This document shows positions 10,580 through 21,129 of a stretch of DNA of 64,000 bases, piece by piece. The stretch's first letter is position 1; every line of letters begins with the position of its first letter. The stretch is from a virus, in the IMG/VR virus record IMGVR_UViG_3300035034_001349, positions 1-64,000 of that record, one strand, 5' to 3'. Position numbers and translations under genes: made by a program. The notes beneath the pieces are model-generated. The model was not told the DNA's origin and searched no databases. It saw only the letters and a list, made by a program, of their open reading frames with translations.

Positions 10580-11206
10580 CTATGCTAACTCTTCTTCGTT
10601 ATTAGGTGTTGAGAATAATGAAGAAAACATTTCAATGTAATCTGAATAGTGTTTAACAATTTCTCCCTCAGAATCATCTAATAGACCTCTAATTTCATCA
10701 TATAATTCAGGATCATAATAATCTCTAACAGACTCCATATATAAATTAGTTACTTCAACCATATTTTTAGCATCTATACCTAAGAAGAGATTATCAAATA
10801 AATTACCTAGTTCGTGTTTAATACCAGTTGTATTAATCTTAAAAGCAGTACTATTTCTAAACTCTGATTCGTTTGTAGAGAATTCACCTAATAGTAATGA
10901 AGCAACTCTTAATGAACTATTGAATGCGTCTACCATACTCCAATCGACTTCAATATGAATATTATTATCAATACGCTTAATTGAACCTTTGTTCATTAAC
11001 TCGAGCATTTTACCCTGATCATCAACTAGTTTGTTAAATACATCATCATCATTTTCAAAATCATACATTAATCTTTTGATATCAATTATTTCACTAATTT
11101 CATCAATATCTAGGTTTCCCAATAAACCATTGTTTAATAAATCATCCATCATTTCTCTGTTAATACTAATTAATTCCTGTTTTGTCATTTTCATTGTTAC
11201 TTTCAT
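10580..11206 (-). CDS. Hypothetical protein (early)
   Basis: 208 aa, AAGGAGG SD, early promoter at 11252-11270. Confidence 0.8.
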   Translation of the reverse strand: MKVTMKMTKQELISINREMMDDLLNNGLLGNLDIDEISEIIDIKRLMYDFENDDDVFNKLVDDQGKMLELMNKGSIKRIDNNIHIEVDWSMVDAFNSSLRVASLLLGEFSTNESEFRNSTAFKINTTGIKHELGNLFDNLFLGIDAKNMVEVTNLYMESVRDYYDPELYDEIRGLLDDSEGEIVKHYSDYIEMFSSLFSTPNNEEELA

Positions 11207-11251
11207 AACAACCTCCTTTTAATCTTCTAGTAATCTAAATAAACCTTTTTA

Positions 11252-11270
11252 ATCATTATTATAATATATA
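11252..11270 (-). promoter_or_regulatory. Early promoter TATATTATAA-N3-TGAT
   Basis: TATATATTATAATAATGAT on the minus strand; the motif recurs upstream of non-structural genes. Confidence 0.7.
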
Positions 11271-11286
11271 ACTATAAAACGTTTAT

Positions 11287-12252
11287 TTACATATTTTTAA
11301 ATAGATTGCTTTTTATTCTATTCGTAACCTTATCAGAATAAAATTTTTCATTGATGAATGGTAATGCTTCATGAATATTATCAGAGTGATCAATAAGTCT
11401 AAGTATAACTTTCTCAGTTATTTTATCGTACTGGAACATAGAAAATACTTCTAGTACATCCATAAAGTCGTAGGTGTCATTTACTCTTTGAAATGAATCC
11501 AATGAACTATATGTCTTAAATTCATCTAATGCTTTAATCATAACATCTTCATCACTTATAGATATCTTTTTAACAATATCACTAGTTAAGCTATCTTTAT
11601 TTTTAATTACCTCATTTATTAGATAATTATCAATTAAATGATGACCTTTTAGCATAAAATCATCAAATTTACTAACTAGAACATCTTTTAAATCCTTACT
11701 AACTTGGTTGTCAAAGTTAAAATATATACCATGTATATTATAAAACCAAGGATCTAACTTAATCAAATTACTAAAAACTTCTTCATGTAGATATACATAG
11801 TTTAATATAAATTTATTTTTTATGATCATAGTCTTATCCTTTTTGAGTATAAACATTACTAAGTCAGTATTTAAATATGCTCCATATTTGAATGACATAT
11901 TTATATCATTTCTTATTAAGTCACTTATTAAATCCATACTCACTGGATTAGAATTACTTATTACTATATTCATAACCATTGAGTCTACATCTTTTAGTGC
12001 CCCCTTTAAAGACTTTGTATATGCTTTATTGTCTTTAGTTCTTTTTTCACTATACTCACCATATTCTCTAAGTATTTTACACTCATACTCATTTATATCT
12101 TCTAGTCTTACTATATTTTTAACAGATTCAATACTCTTTAAAAATGTATCATTTCTCTCAGATGGTAGTATTGTAGTAGTATCCTCTAAGTTCAGTTCAG
12201 ATAATACTTTTCTTATTTCATTTAGGTTTTTGTTCATATATTTACTACACAC
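11287..12252 (-). CDS. Hypothetical helical-repeat protein
   Basis: 321 aa; C-terminus resembles that of 25910..27337. Confidence 0.7.
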   Translation of the reverse strand: MCSKYMNKNLNEIRKVLSELNLEDTTTILPSERNDTFLKSIESVKNIVRLEDINEYECKILREYGEYSEKRTKDNKAYTKSLKGALKDVDSMVMNIVISNSNPVSMDLISDLIRNDINMSFKYGAYLNTDLVMFILKKDKTMIIKNKFILNYVYLHEEVFSNLIKLDPWFYNIHGIYFNFDNQVSKDLKDVLVSKFDDFMLKGHHLIDNYLINEVIKNKDSLTSDIVKKISISDEDVMIKALDEFKTYSSLDSFQRVNDTYDFMDVLEVFSMFQYDKITEKVILRLIDHSDNIHEALPFINEKFYSDKVTNRIKSNLFKNM

Positions 12253-12305
12253 TCCTTTATTGTATAAGTCAAGTCCAATAGTATATCATTATAATTACAA
12301 AACTA

Positions 12306-12746
12306 TTACCTCATAAATTTAAATTCAAGTATTCTTCTTAATGTCTCTGAGTACTCATGAAAATCATTAGACGATGAACCCATAATTATTGTTATAGACA
12401 CATATCCAAGATGCTCATAAACAAATTCCTCACTCATCCTTTGATTCTTACATAAATAGAACCAGTCTAGTTTATCCTTATGTTTTCTCATGAAATCTTC
12501 ACTCAGTGTCTGAAAAAATGATGTTGATGGATAATTAAAACACTCAGGATTATCCTCTATGAATTTCTCACTCACTACTTGACTAGATAGAACATAATTC
12601 AAGGGTACATATTCTATATATTCATTTATAATTTCTTCAGGGAATTCATAGTCTACTAAAATAACCTTCCACTCACTCTTACTGTTTACATCTAACTCAT
12701 CTAATATATCTCTGGTTATTTTTCCTTGTTTATCACGAATAATCAG
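12306..12746 (-). CDS. Trp-repeat (LSEDF..KLDW) family protein with probable CTG/ATT start
   Basis: The frame is open 48 codons upstream of the track's TTG (12602), up to CTG at 12746, directly after a GAGAGGAG SD. Repeat units FPEEII / VSEKFI / LSEDFM / MSEEFV. Confidence 0.65.
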   Translation of the reverse strand: MIIRDKQGKITRDILDELDVNSKSEWKVILVDYEFPEEIINEYIEYVPLNYVLSSQVVSEKFIEDNPECFNYPSTSFFQTLSEDFMRKHKDKLDWFYLCKNQRMSEEFVYEHLGYVSITIIMGSSSNDFHEYSETLRRILEFKFMR

Positions 12747-12791
12747 TCAGCTCCTCTCTATTAATAATAAAATATTACTTAAATCCTTCTA

Positions 12792-12840
12792 ATCACTATT
12801 ATAATATATATTTAGAAAAAAATATAGAAACATTATATTA
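12792..12840. promoter_or_regulatory. Back-to-back early (-) and late (+) promoters
   Basis: TATATATTATAATAGTGAT (-, 12792-12810); AACA TTATAT TA (+, 12829-12840). Confidence 0.7.
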
Positions 12841-12872
12841 ATCACTGAATATAAAATGAAAGGAAGGTTATA

Positions 12873-14072
12873 ATGGGTAGATTAGTAAATGATGAGCAAG
12901 AAATAATCAGTAAAAATATAGATAACTACTTAGATGCTTCAACCTCAGAGTACAGTAAGTACCTCAATGGAGTACCAACATTTACAACTTATTATCATAA
13001 AAATGTAAATGCATCACACCAAGATGTAGGTCTAGAACAAGTGCAGGAAGTCATAGGAAGTGAGTCTCCTATACGATATGATAAAATAGATGACCTATCG
13101 TTATACGGAATATCACAGGCGGATTTACAATATGTTGTAGATGAAAATTATGGAGTGGAAAGTGAAGTTGAAGGTGATGCTATTGTACTACCAGATACAA
13201 TTAAGCCATTACCAGATGATTTCTTCTTAGTTAATTACAATGATACTGATTTATTATTCAGAGTAACTAATGTAAATATAGACAAAATGAATGGTAAAAA
13301 GTATTATAAGATAGACTTTGTATTATCTACTTATGACGTAGCACTAATAGAAGAACAAATTGAAGGCAACTATACACAATTCTTCGAAAATATAGGTACT
13401 GAAAAGAATACTATAGTTGAAAATAAAGATGGTCTTATAATCCAATATATAGACAAACTATTAGACTCTTTAACTACGAACTATTTAGAAGACTATATGA
13501 ATAAAAAAATTGATATATTGACTTATACATTTAACGACAAGATTCTTTATAACGAATTCCTAATAGAGTTTATAACTGACAATAATGTAATGTCTGAGAA
13601 TAATAATGTATTCTCCCAATATGTAATAGACAGTATTTTTGAGACAAATGATCGTAATTTTAACAATATGTATGATAAGACTATATATAGTGCATTAGAA
13701 TTAAATAACACTGATGATTTAGTGCCAAATAACTTGGTTGCTACTGAAATAACTAATGTAAATACTGTATTCTATTATGATATTAATACTTACTACTTTT
13801 TACAACATACTATTACAGAGAATGAAGAAGAAATAGTTATACCTTATAGTATGGATTTAGTAGATAATATTAAGAATAATACAACTTATACAGATGTCGA
13901 ATTATATTTTATAGAGAATATATTAGTTAATCACTTTAATGATAGTCTAGTTATTGATGAAGAATTCTTGGATACTATTAACAATCATGATTTTTCCATA
14001 GGTCTTTCAAACTTCTTACTTATTCCAGCATTAATGTTTGTATTACAACTTTATAAGAAAAAACTATTATAA
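12873..14072 (+). CDS. Probable virion structural protein
   Basis: 399 aa, late promoter, acidic; LPDTIKPLPDDFF beta-rich N-terminal domain. Confidence 0.55.
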   Translation: MGRLVNDEQEIISKNIDNYLDASTSEYSKYLNGVPTFTTYYHKNVNASHQDVGLEQVQEVIGSESPIRYDKIDDLSLYGISQADLQYVVDENYGVESEVEGDAIVLPDTIKPLPDDFFLVNYNDTDLLFRVTNVNIDKMNGKKYYKIDFVLSTYDVALIEEQIEGNYTQFFENIGTEKNTIVENKDGLIIQYIDKLLDSLTTNYLEDYMNKKIDILTYTFNDKILYNEFLIEFITDNNVMSENNNVFSQYVIDSIFETNDRNFNNMYDKTIYSALELNNTDDLVPNNLVATEITNVNTVFYYDINTYYFLQHTITENEEEIVIPYSMDLVDNIKNNTTYTDVELYFIENILVNHFNDSLVIDEEFLDTINNHDFSIGLSNFLLIPALMFVLQLYKKKLL

Positions 14073-14128
14073 ATTAACATTTAATTAATCAATACTAATA
14101 TAACAATAGAAGGGAACAGGTGGTTTTC

Positions 14129-14257
14129 TTGCTACAAGAATTTATTAAGATATTTAATGAGCAGAAAAAGGTTAACTTAAATGAGTCAAATCAAAATCTA
14201 GATGAAGAAAATATGAAAGTTCTAAAGGAAGAAGATAAAGGAAGAGTTTTATTATAA
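14129..14257 (+). CDS. Small late protein (42 aa, not in ORF track)
   Basis: Late promoter 14076-14087, AGGTGG SD, TTG start: MLQEFIKIFNEQKKVNLNESNQNLDEENMKVLKEEDKGRVLL. Confidence 0.55.
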   Translation: MLQEFIKIFNEQKKVNLNESNQNLDEENMKVLKEEDKGRVLL

Positions 14258-14279
14258 TTTAGAAGGGAGAAATGTTTAT

Positions 14280-14714
14280 ATGAAAAAAGTAAAAGTAATT
14301 GTTAAGCATAGGGGTCATGTACCATTTATCGGTCATGGACCAGTTACTAAGCCAATTTTTATTAATGATTCACAATTCAAAGTGTTGAAAAAGGGTGGCT
14401 ATGATGTTGAAAAGGTAGAAGAGCCAAAAATTAAGGAAGTAGAAGTAGCCGAAGTAGTTGAGGAAGAGATCGTTGAAGAGCAGGTAGAAGTAGAAGAAGT
14501 TACTGAGCCTGAAGAAGAAATCATTGAAGAAGTAGAAGAAGAAATTCTTATGGATGATGAAAACTTAAGTGCTGAAGCTTTTTATAATAGAGACTTCTTA
14601 ACAGTTTCAAAGTCAAAAGAAATATTAGATGCTAGAGGCATTGAATATTCTCATGATGAAAAAGCTAGTCCTTTAAAGGATAAGGTTGAAGAATCTAATC
14701 CTGAAACAGTATAG
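14280..14714 (+). CDS. Acidic hypothetical protein with C-terminal HeH/LEM-like helical motif
   Basis: E/V-rich linker; TVSKSKEILDARGIEY...LKDKV. Confidence 0.6.
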   Translation: MKKVKVIVKHRGHVPFIGHGPVTKPIFINDSQFKVLKKGGYDVEKVEEPKIKEVEVAEVVEEEIVEEQVEVEEVTEPEEEIIEEVEEEILMDDENLSAEAFYNRDFLTVSKSKEILDARGIEYSHDEKASPLKDKVEESNPETV

Positions 14715-14720
14715 CAAAAA

Positions 14721-14756
14721 AAAAACAGTAATAGCTTAATTGCTATTACTGTTTTT
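14721..14756. terminator. Bidirectional terminator
   Basis: AAAAACAGTAATAGC-TTAATT-GCTATTACTGTTTTT. Confidence 0.8.
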
Positions 14757-15149
14757 ATTTCCTTTATCAACTAGACTGAGTTCTACATTAAGAATTTCAA
14801 ACCAGCGTTTAAGTGTGGTAGTTGACATTGATGGTCTTGTTGCTAAACCGTAAAATAAATTGTATCCATCATGACCTTTTTCATCAGCATAATCATAGAT
14901 ATCATTTAACGTTATTTGTTTTTTATTAACTTCACTCTTGATTACAGTTACTATTTCATCATCAGTGTCAAAATGTTCCATCACAATTATTTCATCTTTA
15001 GATGTTCTATCCCCACCTTTAGTTCTTTTTAATGTAGATTTCTTAGATTTGGTACTCTTAACTTCTTTATTCTTATTTTTATCTATTCTGTCCTTTAATT
15101 TTTCATTACTATTTAAATATTCTTCATATAATCCGCCTACGTCTGACAT
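14736..15149 (-). CDS. Hypothetical protein, possible HTH-like C-terminus
   Basis: 137 aa, AGGAGG SD; GYNLFYGL...MSTTTLKRWFEILNVEL. Confidence 0.65.
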   Translation of the reverse strand: MSDVGGLYEEYLNSNEKLKDRIDKNKNKEVKSTKSKKSTLKRTKGGDRTSKDEIIVMEHFDTDDEIVTVIKSEVNKKQITLNDIYDYADEKGHDGYNLFYGLATRPSMSTTTLKRWFEILNVELSLVDKGNKNSNSN

Positions 15150-15157
15150 AACTCCTC

Positions 15158-16240
15158 CTATTCTGAATATTTTGCAATAGAACTAAGGTTAACTATAGTA
15201 TCAGTCTCATCTTCATATTCTGAATTACCTTTAACCATATCATCTAAACCATTAAATTCACCATCTTCTTTATCGGCTACTTCCTCAGTTTCTTCATCGT
15301 CATCACCTTTAAGCCATTCAGGTATTTCTTCTTCACTCTCTTTTTGTTCTTCATCAGTTAATTTGTATTCCTCTTCCTCTTCACTTTCTTCAAATGGTAA
15401 ATCTTCTTCATCATCACTTGAACTGCCAAACATATCATTTATCGGAGTACTATAACTGCTATTATTCTTAAATTTTCGTGTTATCTTTTTCTTAGTACTC
15501 TTAACTTTACTCTTAACTGTATTTGGAACTCTATTTGATTCTGAGCTACTCTCTGATTTATGTGATGATAGAGTTAATAACGCAGTATTATATATAAGTT
15601 CACTACTAGTTACTAAGTTAAATCTATCAAGGAAATAAACTAATCCATCCAACATCATTTCAGAAACTTCAGCACCATATCCACTATCATTCATATAAAA
15701 TATAGCACCCTTACTCTCGTTCATACCCTCTCTATCATGAACGATAACATCAAATTCAATTGATATAACTTTATCGAATATAAGTCTATCTATATTAACA
15801 CGTAAGTCCTCATACTCTCTATTTAGAAATATACCCTCATCAGTTTCAAAGAAGACTTCTACTGGCTCATCATCATGCACTACTTCATTTTTAATTATAC
15901 TTTGTGCAAATTTAAGTTGTTTAATCAAGTGTGGTATATGTGGATAGCTTAGATAGATTTCCTCATAATTCTTATTTTTTCTATCACTATACTTAAATAC
16001 TAGGTAATCTTGTGTATCTATAGATATTTGACTCAATTTACTGTAATTACTATACTTACTTGAGTCATAACTTCTTTCATAATGAGGTTCAATCTTCTCA
16101 TCTCTACTGTTCTTTTTACCTAATAGAACTACATTCTTAACTTCTAGATTCTTTGATATGCGTAGTAATGATCTTTCTATTTTTTCATAATTATTGAACT
16201 GAAACATAAAACGTTTGCCTACCTTTCTATATATACTCAC
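15158..16240 (-). CDS. Hypothetical protein with basic then very acidic C-terminal tail
   Basis: 360-aa ORF downstream of the helicase. Confidence 0.75.
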   Translation of the reverse strand: MSIYRKVGKRFMFQFNNYEKIERSLLRISKNLEVKNVVLLGKKNSRDEKIEPHYERSYDSSKYSNYSKLSQISIDTQDYLVFKYSDRKNKNYEEIYLSYPHIPHLIKQLKFAQSIIKNEVVHDDEPVEVFFETDEGIFLNREYEDLRVNIDRLIFDKVISIEFDVIVHDREGMNESKGAIFYMNDSGYGAEVSEMMLDGLVYFLDRFNLVTSSELIYNTALLTLSSHKSESSSESNRVPNTVKSKVKSTKKKITRKFKNNSSYSTPINDMFGSSSDDEEDLPFEESEEEEEYKLTDEEQKESEEEIPEWLKGDDDEETEEVADKEDGEFNGLDDMVKGNSEYEDETDTIVNLSSIAKYSE

Positions 16241-16255
16241 TACTATAATATATTA

Positions 16256-17710
16256 TTATAATTCTATTTCAAATGCTTCTTTTGCTATTTTATTTAGTGT
16301 TCTACGCTTGTAGGTCAATTGTTTCTTACACTCATCGAATCCCATATCAGTTATATCAAAATATACTGATGGTTTATCTTCACCTCTAAATCTTAATCTA
16401 CCTATTATTTGCTTGAGAAGAGCAGATGAAGACATAGGTACAGTATTAATTAATGCACTAACATTATCCACATGAACTGCTTTATTAAAACTTTTAACAG
16501 TAGTTATTACAATATCTTTATCTAATTCTTTATCTCTTTTATCTCTCTTAACAAGTCCACAAAATCTACCTATATTCTTACTCTCAAAATCTTCATCTAA
16601 TTTTTTATATAATTTTTGTATAAGGTCATTCTTCTGTATCATAATAAATACTCGATTACTATTTTCCTCAGGCTTACTCTTTAGAACCATATCATTGACT
16701 ATATTGAATAGAATGCCATAAAACTGTTCGAATTTATCATCTTTTAAATAATCTGAAAATGCATTAGCACTAAATCCATAATTCCCTGATACCATACTTG
16801 CTTGTTGCTTTACATTAGGTTTTGTATTTATTTTAGTGTAAACAACTGTATGATATCTCTCATCATCATGTATATGAAGACCATGTACCACTACTGTCTC
16901 ATACATGCGTTGATAAATATAATCTTCTTTATAGTCACTTCTTTCAGGAGTAGCTGTAAGATATAAGGTTTCAGATATATCAGTTAATGCATCTATATAG
17001 AATATATTCATCCATTCTACATGTGCTTCATCATAAATCTTGATACCTACACCTAAGTTTCTCATTAAATCTCTAAATTTATTAGGCTTATCTGTTAGAA
17101 AGTTTGACACAGTTCTATGCATTGCAATTATAAATTTATAGTCATGGTCATGATATTTTATTTCCATAAGCTCTTCAATTGTTTCTTTACCAGATATAAT
17201 GAATATTTCATCTTCAGTTACATCAGTGAACTTCAATACTGAGTCCTTCCATTGTTGTGCAACTCTATCTAAGTCAACAAATACCATTGGCAACTTCTTT
17301 ACTGTAGATATATAATTTATAGCACAATATGTTTTACCATCACCTGGTTTCAATGCTAATATCTTTTGAGTTTCATTATCTAAATCATCAAACTCCTTTC
17401 GTTCATTTAGGAAGTCTAATGCCCTCTCTTGTATATTGTCTCTAGGTTGTGATATCATATTATATCTAATACTCATATACTTAGAGTGGGACATAGATAA
17501 ATCTACTATATCATCCATATTTTTGTCAAGATGTTGTAAAAGTTTATTTATGTTATATCCTCTAGGAATGAGTAATGAACCGTCTTCCTTAATCATTGCA
17601 CTAAAATCTACACTGAAGGTAGCTGGATTCCATAAGTTTAATGAATATTCCAGCTTCTTAACAGTCTTATAATTTTCTATTTCTATATGACTTGGTTTTA
17701 ATTTAATCAT
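16256..17710 (-). CDS. Superfamily 2 DNA helicase (UvsW/XPB-like)
   Basis: Walker A PGDGKT, DEAH, motif III TATP, motif VI QIIGRLR. Confidence 0.9.
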   Translation of the reverse strand: MIKLKPSHIEIENYKTVKKLEYSLNLWNPATFSVDFSAMIKEDGSLLIPRGYNINKLLQHLDKNMDDIVDLSMSHSKYMSIRYNMISQPRDNIQERALDFLNERKEFDDLDNETQKILALKPGDGKTYCAINYISTVKKLPMVFVDLDRVAQQWKDSVLKFTDVTEDEIFIISGKETIEELMEIKYHDHDYKFIIAMHRTVSNFLTDKPNKFRDLMRNLGVGIKIYDEAHVEWMNIFYIDALTDISETLYLTATPERSDYKEDYIYQRMYETVVVHGLHIHDDERYHTVVYTKINTKPNVKQQASMVSGNYGFSANAFSDYLKDDKFEQFYGILFNIVNDMVLKSKPEENSNRVFIMIQKNDLIQKLYKKLDEDFESKNIGRFCGLVKRDKRDKELDKDIVITTVKSFNKAVHVDNVSALINTVPMSSSALLKQIIGRLRFRGEDKPSVYFDITDMGFDECKKQLTYKRRTLNKIAKEAFEIEL

Positions 17711-17725
17711 TCAATTTTCACCTCT

Positions 17726-19992
17726 CTAAATAAATACATTATCTATTATAGATGTACCATCCTTTTGATATAGTAATGGTGATAAGAATTGCCCTTTGAG
17801 TCTCTCAAATGCTAAACTAACTGAAGGACTCTTACTATTCTGTATTGCTGATGACACACGTAATACCTTGTATGGTGGAATCTTTTCACCAAGGAAATTA
17901 GGTTTATTTAATAAATTATCTGTATCTCTAATTAATTTACTTACAATTAACTCTGCATGAACACTATCTAAATTAATACCACTCTCTTGTATTAACTCTA
18001 TAAATTTATTATGAATATCATTAAAATTACTTAAACCTAAGTGATCTTTATTCTCAATTAATTTAAGTATTTTCTTTAATGGTTTAGATAGTTCATTGTT
18101 CTCCATTATAAACTTGAATAGAACATCCATATCTGAGTACTTGATAGTGTTTATTTTAATAATACCGTCTACATTTACACTATTGATTCTTTCAAGTAAT
18201 AATTCTGATGGGAAGAATGTTATAGGTAACTCAATTAATTTTTCATCACCATCATCATTCTCTATATACATTTTATCGATAGCATAACTACTATGCTCAT
18301 CATCCATGTATAAATCTTCTTCCTTTATAATTATACTTACATCTTTTGTTATATTATCTCTGTTAATAAATACCATATTTCTATCTACAACAAAATACTT
18401 AGTAAACGTATTACTCCAATCAAGTTCATCTGATACTGCTTGCAATAAGTGTTTAGCAGATAGTAATCTTTGTGTTATCTGTTCTGTTAAGAATAGCACT
18501 GCTATTATACCAATATGAAGGTTTCTATTTATCTTAGCCATTTTACCATAGCAAATATCACATGCACCTTCATCTTCATTACAAGTAATAGGACTCCTAA
18601 GTTTTATAGTCTTGCCAATTAAATGATAATAATCTTTATCAATTATTTTTAGACCACTATCTGTTATATGGTAACGTCCTAATACTTTCTTCAATGTGTC
18701 TTCATTAGTCACATCATATTTTAAATAATGTTTAGTCTCACAATCTTCAATATCACTAAGTTTAGTATCAATCATTAAGAGTGATAACTTTCTGGTTAGA
18801 TCGCTTACATTCATGTGAATTCGTTAGACTCACACAGTTCTTTTATGAACTTCTATATGTTTCCATATAGGCTAGACTATATCTTTTCACAATATGAGAT
18901 ATTGTTTATTCTCCGTTTCGATTTAAGGGATTCTCACCCACGCCAATAACTTGCGTCCTACTCCTAATGCATCATATGATGCCAATGGGATAGTCGTTGA
19001 ACCTTACTCTTATAAAAGAGTCTTGGATGCTGATTGTCTTCACCACCATGTGTTAAGATTTCCCAGCAGTTAAAAGAATTTATTCTGAGCTATAAATCTA
19101 AAAAGTTTAGTATCTTATCTTCTCTAAACTTTATATCTTTATTATTCATATTATATCTCCTCTAGATAATAATACGTGCGGTTAAGTTTAACCCAGATTT
19201 CCTTACTTGCTTATAATTTGTTATGATAGCCTTTCTAGCACCTGAAGCGTTTATAACAAAATCATCTACATTTCTCATTCCATTTATAAGACTAGTATTT
19301 ACAATCTTCTCTAATATACTTCCATCTAATCCTGGTTTAGCTCCAACTGCAATGGCATACTGTCTTAACTGTTTAACATTAACACCAGTACCACTATTTA
19401 GATAATTTTTCATTACATTATCTTCAGTCCTTAATATCTCTAATAATTCATCCAACTTACGATTACCCATATCTTCAATCTCTTTATATTCGATATTAGG
19501 TGGGAATTTGAAGTTTAATAAATTATAAAGGTCTTCATTCTTATTTGATAACTCTATTAGAGAGTATAGATTCATACTATTTCCATACAACACGTTGTAT
19601 GTGCCTGAGATATCATCTAGTGTATTAGTAATATCTGAAATTATACCATTAATCTTTATGAATCCTTCTTCACTTTTACCGAACTTATCAATAATACGAT
19701 TGTAATATTTCTCTAGATTACTTGATTTAAAGTTATTTGGGTCTGTTATAATAAAGTTATCATCTATACTATTACATTCAAATGTAAAGAAAGGTTTGAG
19801 TAATATTACATTAGTTACAAAATTTGCAAAAGGCATTTCATATGTTTTATCACCATTTATAACCTTTACCTTATCCTTTCTGTCACTAAATTTTTCTATA
19901 GACTCATCTACTATATGTTCAAGATTTGTTTCATAGTTATTGAGTACTAACTCCTCTAAGTTATATATCTTCAAAAAATCATCTCCATTCAT
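17726..19992 (-). CDS. Non-virion RNA polymerase beta' C-terminal subunit, spliced: join(19992..19191, 18801..17726), 625 aa
   Basis: Splicing restores the bridge-helix motif RKSGYLTRKL. Zn site LRSPITC..CDICYG, trigger loop EQITQRLLSAKH, VHAELIV. Confidence 0.9.
18802..19190 (-). ncRNA. Group I self-splicing intron (IA-type core), 389 nt, no intact homing endonuclease
   Basis: P AACTGCTGGGAAA, Q AATCAGCA, R GTTCAACGACTA, S AAGATATAGTCT. 5' splice follows a U, with P1 UCUGGGU/GCUCAGA (U.G pair). Terminal G at 18802; P10 UUAGAU/AUCUAA. Confidence 0.93.
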
Positions 19993-20001
19993 GTTATAAA
20001 C

Positions 20002-20292
20002 TTAAACTGCTAAATTCAATACTGCCGATACTAATAGTCCTCCTAGAACTGTTCCTAGTAACATAGTTAATAATAATGATACGCTAAAACTTGAGAGCAA
20101 TGACATATCTGTTCTAAGACATCCTATAACTGTAAGTAAGCTATAAATTAGAAAAACTGTAAATGATGATATTATTACGTTTATAGAAGGCATTGCAGAG
20201 AAAATTAAAATCATCACTGATGCAATCAAAGTAAACATAAGAGTCCATTCTATTAATAATTTTGTCATTGCTATTTTCTTACTTTTCTTCAT
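20002..20292 (-). CDS. Small 3-TM membrane protein
   Basis: 96 aa, hydrophobic, SD present; paralog of 20304..20594. Confidence 0.8.
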   Translation of the reverse strand: MKKSKKIAMTKLLIEWTLMFTLIASVMILIFSAMPSINVIISSFTVFLIYSLLTVIGCLRTDMSLLSSFSVSLLLTMLLGTVLGGLLVSAVLNLAV

Positions 20293-20303
20293 TGGTATTC
20301 CTC

Positions 20304-20594
20304 CTATATAATATTATACCCTGATATACTAAATATCATTCTGACTACAACGTTTCCAATTAGTGCACTTGATATAAGGCAAACTAATACTAAACCGTTT
20401 TCTTTTGTAAATAAAGTCCCACTATTAGAAGCACCAGTTGTTGTTAATACTACTGTAAAAATTAAACCTGATATGAATGTAGCAAGTATAATATTAATAA
20501 TGGGTAAACTTGTAAGTATCAATATTATGATTGTTTGATATATTGAAAGTAACCATACACCCTCTAGAAACCACATTAAGCCATCTTTTTTCAT
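20304..20594 (-). CDS. Small 3-TM membrane protein
   Basis: 96 aa, hydrophobic, SD present. Confidence 0.8.
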   Translation of the reverse strand: MKKDGLMWFLEGVWLLSIYQTIIILILTSLPIINIILATFISGLIFTVVLTTTGASNSGTLFTKENGLVLVCLISSALIGNVVVRMIFSISGYNII

Positions 20595-20606
20595 TATCTT
20601 ATCTCC

Positions 20607-20852
20607 CTAGTTAAATAAAATTACAACTACTGCAATTATTATACCTATTAAATTAAACTTTATATCGCTTGGTATCTTTATATAATCTTCACTAACCATA
20701 CTTTTAAATACTTCAGATAATACACTTACAATCACTACATTTAGTACACTCAAACCCATACCAAAATACGGTATTACATAATATGAAATTACCATAAATG
20801 TTGATGATATAGTCATGCGATAGAAATTACTAATTTTTGGTTTTTTACTCAT
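20607..20852 (-). CDS. Small membrane protein
   Basis: 81 aa, hydrophobic, SD present. Confidence 0.75.
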   Translation of the reverse strand: MSKKPKISNFYRMTISSTFMVISYYVIPYFGMGLSVLNVVIVSVLSEVFKSMVSEDYIKIPSDIKFNLIGIIIAVVVILFN

Positions 20853-20871
20853 TTGATTTCCCCTTACTTTT

Positions 20872-21129
20872 TTATATAGTTATTGCCAGCATTGCCAATA
20901 GTGTAGATACTGTAAACATTAATGCACTCGACCAAAAATTTGAAGTAAAATATTTAGGATCAAAATATCTAAAGGCAAAATATGCATCTATCGATAATAT
21001 CAAAATAACTGTTGATATACCAGACCAAACTAATGTTAAACCCACTAAAGTATTAAACATAAATATGCTTAAGAGTGATGGGAATATAAGTACAAGTGTC
21101 TGATAATATTTGTTAGTTAATACTTTCAT
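20872..21129 (-). CDS. Small 3-TM membrane protein
   Basis: 85 aa, hydrophobic; ATGA overlap with the upstream gene. Confidence 0.8.
   Translation of the reverse strand: MKVLTNKYYQTLVLIFPSLLSIFMFNTLVGLTLVWSGISTVILILSIDAYFAFRYFDPKYFTSNFWSSALMFTVSTLLAMLAITI

Noticed and set aside
17726-19992. Two independent genes (19162..19992 and 17726..18814), or a group II intron suggested by GTGCG at ~19176
   Set aside because: Group I P/Q/R/S, P1 and P10 elements and the restored SGYLTRKL motif explain the break; the GTGCG is on the antisense strand.
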